A stretch of DNA of 62,595 nucleotides, the filler included, from Sphacelaria rigidula (taxonomy: Eukaryota): NCBI GenBank assembly GCA_964200075.2. It is 9 parts of 9 records of this genome, joined end to end, with 100 filler letters (N's around TTAATTAATTAA, not from the genome) between each part and the next. Parts side by side here need not be neighbours in the genome. Positions count along the whole stretch, not along the records: positions 6,968 to 13,834 come from CAXNAA020017680.1; positions 13,935 to 20,801 come from CAXNAA020017681.1; positions 20,902 to 27,767 come from CAXNAA020017682.1; 6 more parts are not named here. One strand, written 5' to 3'. Below the pieces are notes generated by a model. That model had not been told where the DNA came from and did not search any database. It saw only the letters and a list, made by a program, of their open reading frames with translations. Numbering within the stretch: the stretch's first letter is position 1; each line of letters begins with the position of its first letter. This document shows positions 11,949 to 24,453 of the stretch, piece by piece. The position numbers were made by a program, and so were the translations under genes.

Positions 11949-13263
11949 CTGTACTTGCAGTTCGGTGGGTCGGGCAGGCGCTTCTTCTCTTGACGGTTTG
12001 CTTTCATGTCATCGCTTGCTATAGCGGCCGGTATCATGTAGCTATCGCAACATTAAAAAAAATACAAATAAAATGAAATGAAATGAGCCCATTTTTATTT
12101 GAACGGAACTAAACATCAATAAAGATAGTTCAACGCAAGATTTGACCCACACACACATACATGTCGATTTCTCGTACAAGCTCCCTTATCATGACTGACT
12201 ACACCAAGCCCCGCCCTCACGAGAGTGTAATTTGAACCCCGCTTCATCTCACAACCTTCGTACCTCATTTTCTGTTCATCACCTTACCATTATTTTTCGC
12301 ACTTTGAAGCCCTCCCCTTTCTCGAGACAAGTCAGTGGTCTCAAGAAATCAACCCGTTCCTCCACGTTACTGTATTGTGCCCATCTCTTATCCTAAAGGG
12401 GGGGTTGTACTCACGACCATGCATTATTAGTCAGAAGATCTTTGACCTCCCCATCCTGTGCCATCTTGTAGGGGGTCGTACTCATTTGTTGCTTGCCTTA
12501 GTCGTTTGAACATTGACCCCGCACCCCTTTCGAGACGGAGCACCATCTTGTAGGGGTGGGGGGGGGGGGGGGGCAAAACCGGAAAAACGCGCCACGGCGT
12601 CAACCCCCAAACCCACAAAACCCCCCATTTAAACAAACCCCNNNNNNNNNNTTTTCTCTTGCCCTACGTGCTTTGACCTTGTCCCCGCCCCCCCTTTCGA
12701 GCCGTACCCCCATTTTTTAGGGGGGGGGGGGGGGGGGGGCATAAACTGCGAAAATCGTCAACGCTGTCATCACCCAAGCCACGAAAACCTCCAATTATAC
12801 AAACACCGCCGCGAAACAACTCGTGTGCCTCATCACACCAGCATGGAGACCAGTAAGCACATTTTAACCACCTCCCGCAAGAACGGGAAACACAAACTCG
12901 TCTTTTACACTTCGAACGCATCTTCTCTAATCACATTGCAGCGCCCCCTGCCCGTCCCCTCCCACCTCAAGGGGATTATATGGTGCAACCAAAAACTGAC
13001 AGCCTACAAGTAGGACTCAGTCTACAAGTGGATTGGGGCCCTACCTACCGTAGGATTGGGTTTTATGGTGCAAGTCGATTTCTCCGCTTCGACTCATTGA
13101 CCGCAAGGGTAGGTAATCTATTGAACCCGCATCGTTCCCACTTGAACAGAGGATATCCAAGACGCTACATCGCCTACCCGGGTGGCCAAAAAGCTCCCGT
13201 GTGGGCTGGCGTGGAAAAAACACCTTCCACTGGGGGACATAATTGCATGCCGTGATTCCTCAC

Positions 13264-13457
13264 CTGGCACCTGAAGACGCGGCTGGATGTCCAGCTTGTC
13301 GAGAGAAGTCCGCAGGGAGTCCTCGAACGGGACGGGCCGGGGGAGCTGGCGGGCTTCGAGACGGGCCAGAGGCGCTTGACCTCCCTGGACCGGTTCCCGG
13401 ACCGGTTCCCATCCCTCGAGAACCATTCGCCGTATCTCCCGCCCCCGAGTCGGAACC
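13264..13457 (-). CDS. Uncharacterised Gly/Ser-rich protein, exon b
   Basis: TTGCCCAG acceptor, CAG|GTGAG donor, 194 nt (phase 0 to 2): GSDSGAGDTANGSRGMGTGPGTGPGRSSASGPSRSPPAPPARP...SSGAR. Confidence 0.65.
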
Positions 13458-13701
13458 CTGGGCAATAATTGATCAAAATTTGGTTTGAGTTCTCCATGAC
13501 TGCTGAAAGCGTGCATCTTGAGGCAACGGTGGCATAAATATCCGCCACCGGGGAAAAAGTCGGTGTGGAAATCAGAAGGCGAAATTCAAAATATACCAAG
13601 CATGAGACTTCTTCCAAGGTCGTGTTTTGCAGGGCAGGTGAACCGGCTGAAATTAGTAGGGCTGTGGACTGGTAGCTCTGACCATTCAAGTCTAGACTGA
13701 C

Positions 13702-13834
13702 CGCGCCAGCGGCCAGTACATCGATGTTTTTCCAGCTATATAAATAGCGCGAGCGGCGCGACGCCCCACCCCGCCAAGCACCGGCGCCCCGCTCCGCTCC
13801 TCCCGCACCAGCCACCCGCACGCCCTCCGGCGCC
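13702..13834 (-). CDS. Uncharacterised Gly/Ser-rich protein, exon a (5'-truncated by contig end)
   Basis: APEGVRVAGAGGAERGAGAWRGGASRRSRYLYSWKNIDVLAAGA followed by donor GTCAGT in phase 0, matching the next exon. Confidence 0.55.
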
Positions 13835-14262
13835 NNNNNNNNNNNNNNNNNNNNNNNNNNNNNNNNNNNNNNNNNNNNTTAATTAATTAANNNNNNNNNN
13901 NNNNNNNNNNNNNNNNNNNNNNNNNNNNNNNNNNGGGACGATGGCTTTTGTACTTCTTGAGTTTTTCACCGTTTTTCGGGGGTCCGATAGGATCGAAGTC
14001 GTTTTTCGAAGTAGTCTCCATTCTTGGACCCCAGAAAAACGGCACTATGCTATTTTTTTTTGTTTTTTCGCAAAATATCTGCCTCCGCACAACCCAAGGG
14101 TGGGATCCACAATTTTTCGTCGCAAAATTCGATCAACTGATGCTTGAATTTCCATGTTCACGTCAAAGAAGGCCTAAAAACGTCGTTTTGGTACTAAAAT
14201 CAAGAAGCTTGCGGTTTCACCGCGGTACGGCAAACTTCATCGCACAAAGGTCAAAACTTTCA

Positions 14263-14529
14263 CGCCGTTTTAAGGAGTTAGATCCTGAAATTTTGCACAA
14301 CTGTGCTTTGGGACAATATGCAACTTTGCATGAACGTGGTTTCTTGATTTTGTTTTTGTTACCGTTTTACGGGGGTCCGATTGGGTCGAGGTTTTCCCCG
14401 AAAAACCAGGACCCCCGAAAAACGGTGAAAAAAGTAAAAAAGAAAAAGAAAACCCCGTTCCTGCAAAGTTGAGCAATGACTCATAGAACATTCGTGCAAA
14501 ATTTCAGGGTGTAACTCCTTAAAACGGCG
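14263..14529. repeat. Inverted repeat (~115-bp arms) within a foldback-type repeat (13935-14590)
   Basis: CGCCGTTTTAAGGAGTTA...TGAAATTTTGCAC...CCGTTTTACGGGGGTCC pairs with GGACCCCCGAAAAACGG...GTGCAAAATTTCA...TAACTCCTTAAAACGGCG. Confidence 0.75.
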
Positions 14530-14642
14530 TATAGTTTTGCCGATGAATGTTTTTTGGGTGATAAGCGTGAACCAGCCTACACATGTTTGTAATAAAAAAA
14601 CGACAAACGCATCGCGTGTTGAAACGCGTTCGCCGTTCACAG

Positions 14643-14828
14643 GCGTTCCGCGAGGCAATCCCCAAGCTCGAGAAGCTTGCAGCGGTCACGAAGCCGGGTT
14701 TGGCCGACGCCTCCACTGTGCGCACGCTTGCGGCCGCCTGGTCGGCCATCAGCAAGGCGCACGCGTTGAACACACGCGGCAAGGAGCAAGTGATATTCCC
14801 CGAGCTGGAGGCTTTCTTCCCTGGGCAG
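14643..14828 (+). CDS. Hemerythrin-like domain protein (probable SLAC1/TDT-hemerythrin C-terminus), visible exon 1 of 5
   Basis: CACAG acceptor, CAG|GTACT donor: AFREAIPKLEKL...AHALNTRGKEQVIFPELEAFFPGQ, with a hemerythrin-like 'E.VIFP' helix end. Upstream exons are outside the contig. Confidence 0.8.
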
Positions 14829-15399
14829 GTACTTGAATCTGATCTATTGGTCGATTAGTTGGTCGACGGTTAGATGAGGGGATCAACTGCGCTTCCATTG
14901 AAGTGACAATGGGGGGCTTACCGGTCGATGTCGAACTGCGTACTCGTGCGAGCTCTGTTTTCAATATCTACCACCCTTAGTGACGAAGAGCGGGGAGGGG
15001 GACAAACAGGTTCTTTTGGGGTGGCTGGCGTGGTAGCACGATGCACGGGGTCGCCGCGCCTCTTCTTGCGTTTCGAGGAAGCTGGTGTGGAGAACGCCAT
15101 TCATTGCATGAGTATACAGATAACAATAATGTCACTAAAAACACGCCGAGTCCGCAACAATCACCAGTGATAGGATCAGTGATAGGATCGCGAGGATGTG
15201 AAGTACGGTGGTACACTCTCTTGTGTGGCACTTGCACTATCGTACAACTTCCACCTCAAATTCGGATGCCAAAGACGGGCGTCCATCTGGCGCATCATAT
15301 TTCTGGTGAGTATCCAAGTGGGATGTCGGGTCCATTTGGGATATATACGTACGAGCTGGGCCGGCCATCAGAGGGTCTTAAACGAAGAGTGCGGATGCT

Positions 15400-15800
15400 T
15401 TTGCCGAGTTTTCTCTGGCAACAAGGCATTTCATCCCGCGCTTTCTTTTGCAGCGCACGAAGAAGGCGCAGCGGTCATCAGCGTTCAGGTTTGGGTGTCA
15501 TCTGATACCTGTGGCGCGTGTTCTGGCCACCGAAAGTCGCCCAAACTGGCTCTTTTTCGCGGGGTGTCAATCTCAAACCACAACAGCCTTTTCAAGTCAG
15601 TGGAAAACTTCAAACAGGAACCCGAACCACAAAAGCCTGTTCATGGCGAGGTACTTTTTCACCGCGTTTTTCTTTGCGTTCACGTTGAATTGGGAGCACG
15701 AAGATAGCGGTTATGCAGCGAATGTCACGAGAACATGAGAGCAAAGCAGTTGAAAACAGTTGGACATTGCCTTAGCCCTAGTCAGCAGCAAACACAAGTC
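15400..15800. repeat. Dispersed repeat 'D' (intronic)
   Basis: A reverse-complement homolog lies at ~40410-40800 (e.g. GTTCAGGTTTGGGTGTCATCTGATACCTGTGGCGCGTGTT). Confidence 0.8.
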
Positions 15801-17552
15801 AAATGATCTGAGAGTCCTTTTTATTTAGTTTTGACGTGAAGCCTCTAACATCGTCATATCTGCGTAATATGGGTCCCAGTTAAGCGAACCCAACAGTCCA
15901 CAAAAGCATGTGGAAGGTCATCGGAGAAGGTGTGGATTGGTATTAGAGGAAGGTGTCACACTCACAGCTACAGCAGGGGAAGTCGCTGACGGCCCGGTCT
16001 GCATTGATACGATGGGTACCCACGGTGCGTGGGATTCTATTTTTTCAACACTCTGCTGTCTGATGACGGCTATAGTGGGTACAGTGACAGTTGAGCACTC
16101 AGGCTGCGACGGATCCTGCCGGCCTCATCATTAATCTTCGCCCAGTTGTGAATAAACGCTCGACGAGACTCAGGACTCAGCAACAAGCATCGTTTATGGT
16201 CCGCCATATATATGAGGGTTGGGAGCTGAACATTTCCGCTTAAAACATTTCGACAGTCGAAGGTTAAGCTCGTGTCGCGCGAAGTTGTAGGGAGTGCCAT
16301 GAGTTGTGGGTAGTGCCACGGACCCTTCCCGGCGTAACTGGCACTGGGGGCGACATCCTGGTGCAGACAGTCTCATCATTACCGGGACGGCCGTGGAAAC
16401 AGGCCGGCAGTCGGAATGGTCAACTTTGCACGTGAATATTTCGGTGACTGCCTCACTTCCACTTCGGCCGTGTGCTGCGGACTATCTCATGATCTCACCA
16501 CCTAATATGTGTGAGAGCTTTCTACAGTCAGTATATGATTTGAAAGAATGTACTGTGCACAGTATGGAAGCTATTGCTTGATGCGACGTACGCAATACTC
16601 GTAGTGGGAACTGCGCGCAGTATGAACTGTTACAGTCGGCTTGCGCGCCATAGCGGCTGTGTTACCATACAGCTCCGCTGAAGATGCAGGCAGAAATTAT
16701 AGCGGCCGAGACGGTCTATTACTCCTGCGTGCGCCACCTAGGGCAAATGCACGCTTAGCTGCAACACCGACCACTGTACTAGATGTGGCGGAGCCAGGGG
16801 TGATACACCACGTACACACAGACAACAAGCAGTATCATACATATATACTGTATACAAGTGTGATTTGAAATCCGTGCGCGCGGGGTGGGGTCGGCATGTA
16901 GAGAACCCTTCGCATAAGTTCGCCGTGTACTACCGGGACGCGACCCTTTTTTCAGTAGCAATCACTTGCGATGTGTGCTGTGACGGGTCTCGTGCGTGAT
17001 TGTTCTTTTTCCACCTCCGCACACCGCCCGTGAAGCGAGCTCTTAATGATGGCAGTGCGCACCCCTCTTCCCGTGATGATCTCCACCCTTGGTCTGAGAC
17101 AATTGAAACTGCCGAACATGGTAGTATCTACTGGAAGGTACATATTCTCCCACACAAATGCCTCCATAATATTGAAAAGGAATAACACTGATAAATGTTC
17201 GACTTGCGTCACCCCCGGGAGGCCAGTACCGACCTCCCGAAAGGGAATCTTGTATATGTGTGTGTATATATATATATATATTTATATGAAGAAAAAAATG
17301 ATATTATAAGGGATGTCCCAGATGTACATCCCAGCCAGATATCCGCGTCCGCGATGGACGTCCATGGTCGAGATGGATATCAATATTTTAGATTTATATG
17401 TGGTTCAGATGAGTGCATGGCATTGTAACACTCCAACACTCCATTCGTTAGCAACACAAGGCCGCAGCTACCACTACTCGCCTGTTATCCCACTACGTTT
17501 ATTCAAAAGATCGAAGTGTCGAAAACGTCGTTCTCTCACCCGCTTAATACAG

Positions 17553-17647
17553 ACCGACGGGGCGGTCAAGAAACGCGAGGAGCGTGAGGAATTCATGACA
17601 TCGGTGCAAACAGCGATCAACAACCTCATGGATGAAGAGGGGCGGAG
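17553..17647 (+). CDS. Hemerythrin-like protein, exon 2
   Basis: TACAG acceptor, AG|GTGAGT donor: TDGAVKKREEREEFMTSVQTAINNLMDEEGR, phase 0 to 2. Confidence 0.8.
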
Positions 17648-17877
17648 GTGAGTTTCACGCCAAATCCCGTCTTCGTGGAAGCAAACGAAAAGTCAACCAG
17701 GCGCCAACCTGGCAGAGGGACGTTAGACCTGCGTCCCGTGAATGGATTCTAAAAATATGGTTTAGGCGCAGAATTCCAGACTTATTCTTGGGTCGCCGGC
17801 GTTTCGGTTTACCTATTGTAATAACGTCAACATATCTCATGATTTGAATGTCTCTTGTTTGGTCGGGGCCACTGCAG

Positions 17878-18016
17878 TGGCGGTGAGTACGAGAACGAGC
17901 CCATCCGCGCCGATCTACTGGGGAGGCTGCAAGCAGACCTTCAAGACTTTGGAACAGAGCTGATTGACGCCCTGGACGAGGAAGAGCTGGCTTTTGCTGC
18001 TCCCATCGCACGCAAG
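17878..18016 (+). CDS. Hemerythrin-like protein, exon 3
   Basis: TGCAG acceptor, AAG|GTCAGT donor: GGEYENEPIRADLLGRLQADLQDFGTELIDALDEEELAFAAPIARK, phase 2 to 0. Confidence 0.85.
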
Positions 18017-18048
18017 GTCAGTTGTCTTGTTTTATATGCACCAATTAT

Positions 18049-18100
18049 GATGGTGATGGTGATGGTGATGGTGATGGTGATGGTAATGGTAATGATGATG
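18049..18100. repeat. (GATGGT)n microsatellite
   Basis: Read directly. Other simple repeats: (TAT)n ~23481-23527, (GT)n ~22307-22340, (CA)n 56172-56194, (GGGGGTACG)n ~5204-5250. Confidence 0.9.
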
Positions 18101-18885
18101 TTCAGTTAAACCCGACTTTGGTCGCAGATGCGTGGGATTACATCAAGAAAGTCATTGCATCGCTGCACCTTCGGTCATATAGGCACCTCACCACCGTGTC
18201 AACGCGCTACGGCAACGAACGCCCCGCATCAGCAAACGTAGGGTCACACACAATGTTGATGTCGGTGAAATTATAGTCTGAAAGTATCATGTGACTACCT
18301 TCATTTCTTCAGTATCTGATACCCATCAAGTCGTCGCTATTATTTGAATGAGTGACAGGAAGAGTATGCGAAACAGGGTAGATAGTAAAACCAGAGTAAT
18401 ACACGATGGCCACATAAGCACACCCCGTCAATGGACCTGGAAACGAAGCCAGTCGAAGGTTTATGTAGCGAGGATGCTTCTCAAGACATTGCTTGTAACT
18501 TCCCCTCGATGATTCGGATGCTCCGTCTCGAAGAGATGCGTAGCCAATGGTCAAGCGACCAAGACAAGCAAAGAATGCGTACGCCCCCTCGATGATGTGG
18601 GTGCTGGCGCTCTGTGTTTGGACGGTGCTTTGCAGTGGATGTGTCAACAGATGCAGAGGGGACGGCATCGGCTTTCGGTACCTCGATTGCCTGTCTCGCG
18701 ATGCGGGTAGTGAGAGGGTTACATGCGTTCCGGACACGCAGTGACGATGAGATTAAGCCAAGCGAGTGTGCCCTTCATCTCTTCATCCTTTCATGATGAT
18801 TGTATTGGTTCCTTCTCACGCCGCGCTGGCCGTTGTTCTCACGCCCCGCTGGCCGTTTTTATACATGCGTGGAACCTGTGAGCAG

Positions 18886-19005
18886 TACGTACCCGTCAGG
18901 ACGAGCAAGGACTTGGTGAGGAAGGTCTGGGAGACCACCTCCAATTCGGAAATGTCGGATCTCCTAGGATGGGTCATGATGACGCTCCGCATCCGCGGCC
19001 AAAGG
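18886..19005 (+). CDS. Hemerythrin-like protein, exon 4
   Basis: AGCAG acceptor, AGG|GTGAGT donor: YVPVRTSKDLVRKVWETTSNSEMSDLLGWVMMTLRIRGQR. Confidence 0.85.
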
Positions 19006-20336
19006 GTGAGTATGGGTGCATGCCTATCAATGACTACTATATTGCCCAACTTGAAGTGAAGGTTGAGACAGTAGCCACGTTTCCACGACCTCCGCGTGTA
19101 TGGCTGTTACCTATTCCCAAACAAAAGTAAGAACAAAAGACGAAGACAAGAGACTTGCCCTTCACCAAGCAGTTCAGGTGTCCATGTAGATGAATACATC
19201 TTCTTGCTAACAGGTTGGTTGGTTTGATCTTTGGCAGTCGCACATTCACTGATATCATGTATCGCACCCAAGAACACATCAGAATACTCACTGATTGAAC
19301 CTCGATCAAAATGGAGAATGAAAGAGGAAAATTACCGATTAAACCGAGGAAGAAGAGGGTATAGCAAGGAACAACTCCCGACAAAAATTGACCAGTTTGG
19401 TGTCAGCCCCGCGAAAACCACAGAGAGCATCCTAGCGCAAGAATTGAGGTGAGGAGGCCGTGGAAAAATTAGCGGCTAAGCAACTAAGCTATCTGGGGCG
19501 TACACAACTTGAGCAGTTTGGTTCCCCCCCCGGCAAAATACGAGAGAAGCACAGACAGTGATGTGCTCTGAGGCAAACATGACTATAAAGGGTGCAGGAG
19601 AACAGATTCATCGAATAAACGCAGATTGGTTTTCCTCGATTTTCATAACCCCGAACAATATCCTGATGATTCATTCCCCGAACGATAGCTTGCCCATTGT
19701 TTTCAAGAGGGCCGGTCGGTATCAGCCGAACGCGCAGGGAGTCCTCCCCACTCCCTCCTGCCTACTGCACATGCCCCCACTAACAAGCGCGGAACGTGCT
19801 CCTCATTGAGGGAGCAGACACGATAACAGGTGTAGATATTGAGATCCACAGCGTTTGATTGCCCGGAGTTCATGCGGCCTGCACAGGTGAACATTTTGCT
19901 TTTGCCGCAGGGTACATAAAGGCGGCACATTGTAGAGCGTGTTTAGAAGGTCGCCACAGGGGCTTCTATATCATGTAGAGGGTCGGAAGAGGGTTCCACA
20001 CCTTAAATAGGGTCCCAAGAGAGTCCTAAAAGGGTTCTTCACCTTGTAGAGGGTTGCCACAGGGTCTGTACCTTCGGAAGGTTCGGAGGGTGTAGGAAAG
20101 TGTCCATCTGTGTGTCAACAAGCTCCCTCTATGGACAGCCCCTCCGTGGTGAAGGACACCCATCCCGACCTCCAGGCATCCCTATCCTTCCCTCAAAATA
20201 TACGGCAGAAACAAAATGTCTCACATTTCTACCTCCAATAATATTTGGGTGTTTACTGTGATCCCTCAGTCGTGAGACGAGTCTGGCAAGTCGCTTCATC
20301 CCTTCCCCCGTCCCGTATACCATCCAAACTCGATAG

Positions 20337-20498
20337 GCCCGCTTCCTGAAAGCGTGGGTCTGGGCGATGCCCGAACGTGCGCAGCAGCTGGGGTTGATGG
20401 TGTATCGTGTCGTTGATGATGTCACCTGGGTCGAGGTGGCGCGCGATCTCCCCGAAATCATCCCGCGCGGGCTACCTGGACACCGCCGCTACTACTAG
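20337..20498 (+). CDS. Hemerythrin-like protein, terminal exon
   Basis: GATAG acceptor: ARFLKAWVWAMPERAQQLGLMVYRVVDDVTWVEVARDLPEIIPRGLPGHRRYY*. From recall, this resembles the C-terminus of algal SLAC1-hemerythrin proteins. Absent from the ORF track. Confidence 0.85.
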   Translation, partial: ARFLKAWVWAMPERAQQLGLMVYRVVDDVTWVEVARDLPEIIPRGLPGHRRYY

Positions 20499-21842
20499 TG
20501 ATTGTCGAACCCGATGATGCAAGGGTTTGAGTGTTTTGGTTGCGAGAGGGGAGGATATGTTCCTCGTTGGAAAGGGTAAAGCGTTTTACACAGTTCCGCC
20601 TTTTGTCGCAATTGTGCATGAATTCGAGAAATTGGGTTAACATCCACATGGCGACGAAAGGATAAACGAGAATCGGACCGCCGTCACAAACAAGAGGCTG
20701 CTGCGTTGACAGCCGCCGATCGAAGAATTCTGTCTGAGTCATCCTACGATAGGGGGGGGGGTATTTGGTTGCACGAAAAAAGAGGCTCATAAGTGTGTCA
20801 GNNNNNNNNNNNNNNNNNNNNNNNNNNNNNNNNNNNNNNNNNNNNTTAATTAATTAANNNNNNNNNNNNNNNNNNNNNNNNNNNNNNNNNNNNNNNNNNN
20901 NGCCTGTCAAACGCGCGAACGCTGGTCTGTAGCTCCAGGTATCCGTGCTGGTGTGGAGACCTCTCTTCCAAGGACGTCCGCCCTCTTTAGTCTCAGCATA
21001 TTTTATGCCTTAGAGTATGACCGTCTTCAATTGACGCCGCGGATGATGAATAATAATTTCAGTACAATGCCTCCATAACGTTGAAAAGGAACAACACTGT
21101 GTGTAACCGTCTAAATTCCAGTTGCCCTCGGACGCTGAAGCAGCCTTTTCCTCATGTTGACTCGTCATGCTTCTCAGCCCCCCCGCTCCCTTTTCCCGGG
21201 AGGAGTCGTTCGTCTCAAGGAATCAACCCACCCAATTCTTGTTGTGCCCGTCTGGCACTTCACTATCGAGTACGAGTATGGGATACTTATCACTCGCACA
21301 GTAGCCTGGCGGTTTTTGCCGATTTTATTCCATATATATGTATATATATATCTTCACTGAGTACATGGCATGAGGAACAGGTGAGTGAAAACTCCGCTGT
21401 GGAAACGGTTCGACAGAGTTGTCGTGGTAGTAGTCGTAATCGTGGTCGTAGTATTTTCATCAGCACCATAGCTGCCATCATCATCCTGCTTGATGGACAC
21501 GAAGAAAAAATTAATTGTTCAATTTATCACTATCGTCATTATTATGCTTGACGGCGGCTGATTGTTGTGTCGATGTTCGGCTTGTGTATGCCCGCCATCA
21601 GCCTCTCACCCCAATATAGCCATGTAGGTACTCGGAAAATGTCTACCCAAACGACCGGACTCATGTCTGAACAACCGATCCACGAATAACTCACCAGACA
21701 CGTTTCACAAGTTCTACTTCCGATAAGTTTACGACAACATTGTTTTTGACCCCCCTCGTGCATGTTTCGTGTGCTGCGTGTTTTCGCTCTCATCACGGAC
21801 GAAAAATGTCCATGTGCACAAAAAAAAAATAAACACAAAAAG

Positions 21843-22023
21843 GAGTGTGGAGGAGACCCAATACCTCATCTCCGCCGCTTTGATCGTGTCGGGCATCACG
21901 TCCTTCATACAAGTGTCTCAAGTCAAGATTCCCGGCACAAGCATCGTCATCGGAACGGGGCTTGTTTCCGTCATGGGCACATCTTTCACCTTCCTTCCCG
22001 TTGCTGTCGATGCTATAGCTCAG
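21843..22023 (+). CDS. NCS2/NAT (UapA-like) xanthine/uric acid permease, visible exon 1 of 5 (gene incomplete at both ends)
   Basis: SVEETQYLISAALIVSGITSFIQV...IGTGLVSVMGTSFTFLPVA, the NCS2 TM2-TM3 signature; CAG|GTAAGT donor. Confidence 0.9.
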
Positions 22024-22304
22024 GTAAGTGTAGTGTTGCAAACGCAGGTCGAGTAGAGTATACTCAAATGCGGGGTATTTTGAAAGAGGCACTTGGGGTG
22101 CTCACATTAGGGTAGAGTGGTGGGAGTCGTACCCCAAAAATAACTGGAGAGCGACCCCTGAAACCCTACCCCCAATTTATTTACTTGAAGTACGACTTTC
22201 AAAATATCCCGCAATTTAGTATAGTCTACTCGACCTACCCTTGTAGCGTTGTTGATGTTCCGCTCAAATGCATGTTCATTGTACCCTTTTTGACTGATCA
22301 GCGT

Positions 22305-22342
<38 letters not shown>

Positions 22343-23477
22343 TTGTTTCCATACAAACGTAGATGCGTACAAGAACGCTGCAATTTGAAGAAGACATGGA
22401 TGGATGAAACAACAAGGCAATATAACACCTTGCCATGTGTTGAATCGGCATATTTTATTTTATTTTATTTTTCAAGTGCGATTGATGCCCTTCTCCACCG
22501 GTGTCCGGAATATACGGGATGGCAGCACAACACGACGACACGCACAATTGGACACCTCCGACCGTGACCATTTCGACGCTTGGACCGCCGGACGTGTCTA
22601 GTTGTTGAATCGGCATCATTTTCAGTCTGGTTTCAAGTGAATATGATGCCTGTTCCTCCCTACTGTACTGTGCTGCTGCATGTGCGAGTAATTTCCCGGG
22701 AAGCAAAACGATCAAGGGTTGCTCTGTGCGCACATATATTGTTGTGTATGTTTGCGTGCTGGTGCGTATGTGATGGGGCTCGGAAACTGTTTGTCTGACC
22801 ATTATCCAGTTAAATGGTACATGATGGTTTGGTCATCGGGGGGCACAACCGCGAGCCAAAAAGCTCTCCCCGGCAGAGAAGGCCCAGCCGGAGGCGCCCC
22901 CGGAGGGCCCTAGTGGAGGCGCCGTGCCGGAGGCACGCTTTCACGCAATTTGGCTTCACTAGAGCGAAAAAACACCAAATATTTTGGCCATTTTCAAGGG
23001 CTGTATGTAGCGTACGTAGCCGGTAATGACTCCTAAAGCCGGTAACGGTAAATAATGGTTTGAAACCATTATCCAACTTTTTCATATAACCATTACCATT
23101 ATTACCATTATAATGATGATGGCCAGTTATAACTGGTACCATTCTCGAGCTCTAGTATGTGATGTTTCAACGACACACTGCAGTCAGTACAGGATACCGT
23201 GCAGTCAAGCAGTGCGTAGTGTCAATATTTCCGTTGCCCTATGATTGTACTATCATTAGTCCATCCTGACTTATCATGTTGGGGAGGAGGAGGGCACACG
23301 GAGGATTTTTTACTCGAAAAAAACAGAAGATGTCGAGAAGCTGCGCCAGACAAAGTAACCGGCTGCTCACACCTTGATGAGGGACTGTTTCGCTTGAGCC
23401 AATGTCAGGACGATACGCCCAGTGTATCATGTTACTGATATTTACGTGTTGGCGAGTGATCATATCTTACCGACTAC

Positions 23478-23527
<50 letters not shown>

Positions 23528-23659
23528 CATAACTATTTCATGTTCATGTCTATGTCTATGTCTATGTCTACTGCTTCTTCCTTTCCTTCTTCCTTCTTCT
23601 GTTCTTTATTGTATTGTTTTTATTCTCTTCTCTCTCGATTATTCCGTTGTCCAATCCAG

Positions 23660-23788
23660 ATGAAGGAAAAATCGGCCTTCCAAACCGACGACGGAGAGTT
23701 CGACGGAGGCAAGGCGTACGGTGCCGTCCTAGGCACGTTCCTCGTCTGCTCCTGGGTGGAAGTTGTGCTTGCCTTCATCAGGCCCTCG
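23660..23788 (+). CDS. NCS2 permease, exon 2
   Basis: MKEKSAFQTDDGEFDGGKAYGAVLGTFLVCSWVEVVLAFIRPS; AG/GT bounded, phase 0. Confidence 0.9.
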
Positions 23789-24310
23789 GTACGATGTTAC
23801 TTGTCGCCATTACAGTGCACAACTACTTCTTCATCCATTCCACAAGGCAATAACGCGGAAGTCTCGGCGCAAAATTCCAACCTTTGATGCCGCGTCTAAA
23901 ACAAAAATGTGCGGTCCACGCGTGTTCTGAAGATGACAAAAAGAGCCTGCACGGACTGCTAGTAAGTGACGCAAGTGTTGGAAAAATCCAATGTATGAAC
24001 ACGGCACCTTCCTCACAGTTTCCATTTGATTTCGTTGTGTGCTCGCCTCTCGAGTGTGTTTCTACAGAGTCAGAGACGGTAACCAAAATGTATATCTTGG
24101 AACTTTTAAAACAGCGTACATAGCATATACGCACATACATCGAGGATGAACATCCCGTCCCCTAAATTTCTCCTTCACGAAAAGGACTTGCAATTTTCAT
24201 GTATGAAAACACACGTTTAAAAGGAGGAAAAACTAGTAATACTGAGGTCACGATGATGATGATGATGATGATGCTGACGATGGTGGTGATAATGTGGCTG
24301 GTATGCGCAG

Positions 24311-24453
24311 GCCTTGAAGAAGGTGTTCCCGCCCATTGTAACGGGTGTGACAGTGTTCCTCATCGGCGCCGCTTTGATCGGCACGGGTTTCAAGTACTGG
24401 GGAGGCGGCGTGTTCTGTGCGGACAACGTGCTCTCTTTCGCCCCCAACTGTAG
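24311..24453 (+). CDS. NCS2 permease, exon 3
   Basis: ALKKVFPPIVTGVTVFLIGAALIGTGFKYWGGGVFCADNV... (FPPxVTG motif); phase 0 to 2. Confidence 0.92.

Noticed and set aside
13736-13749. Quasi-palindromic TATA box GCTATATAAATAGC
   Set aside because: Falls inside a probable minus-strand exon (RYLYS); no evidence for a promoter.
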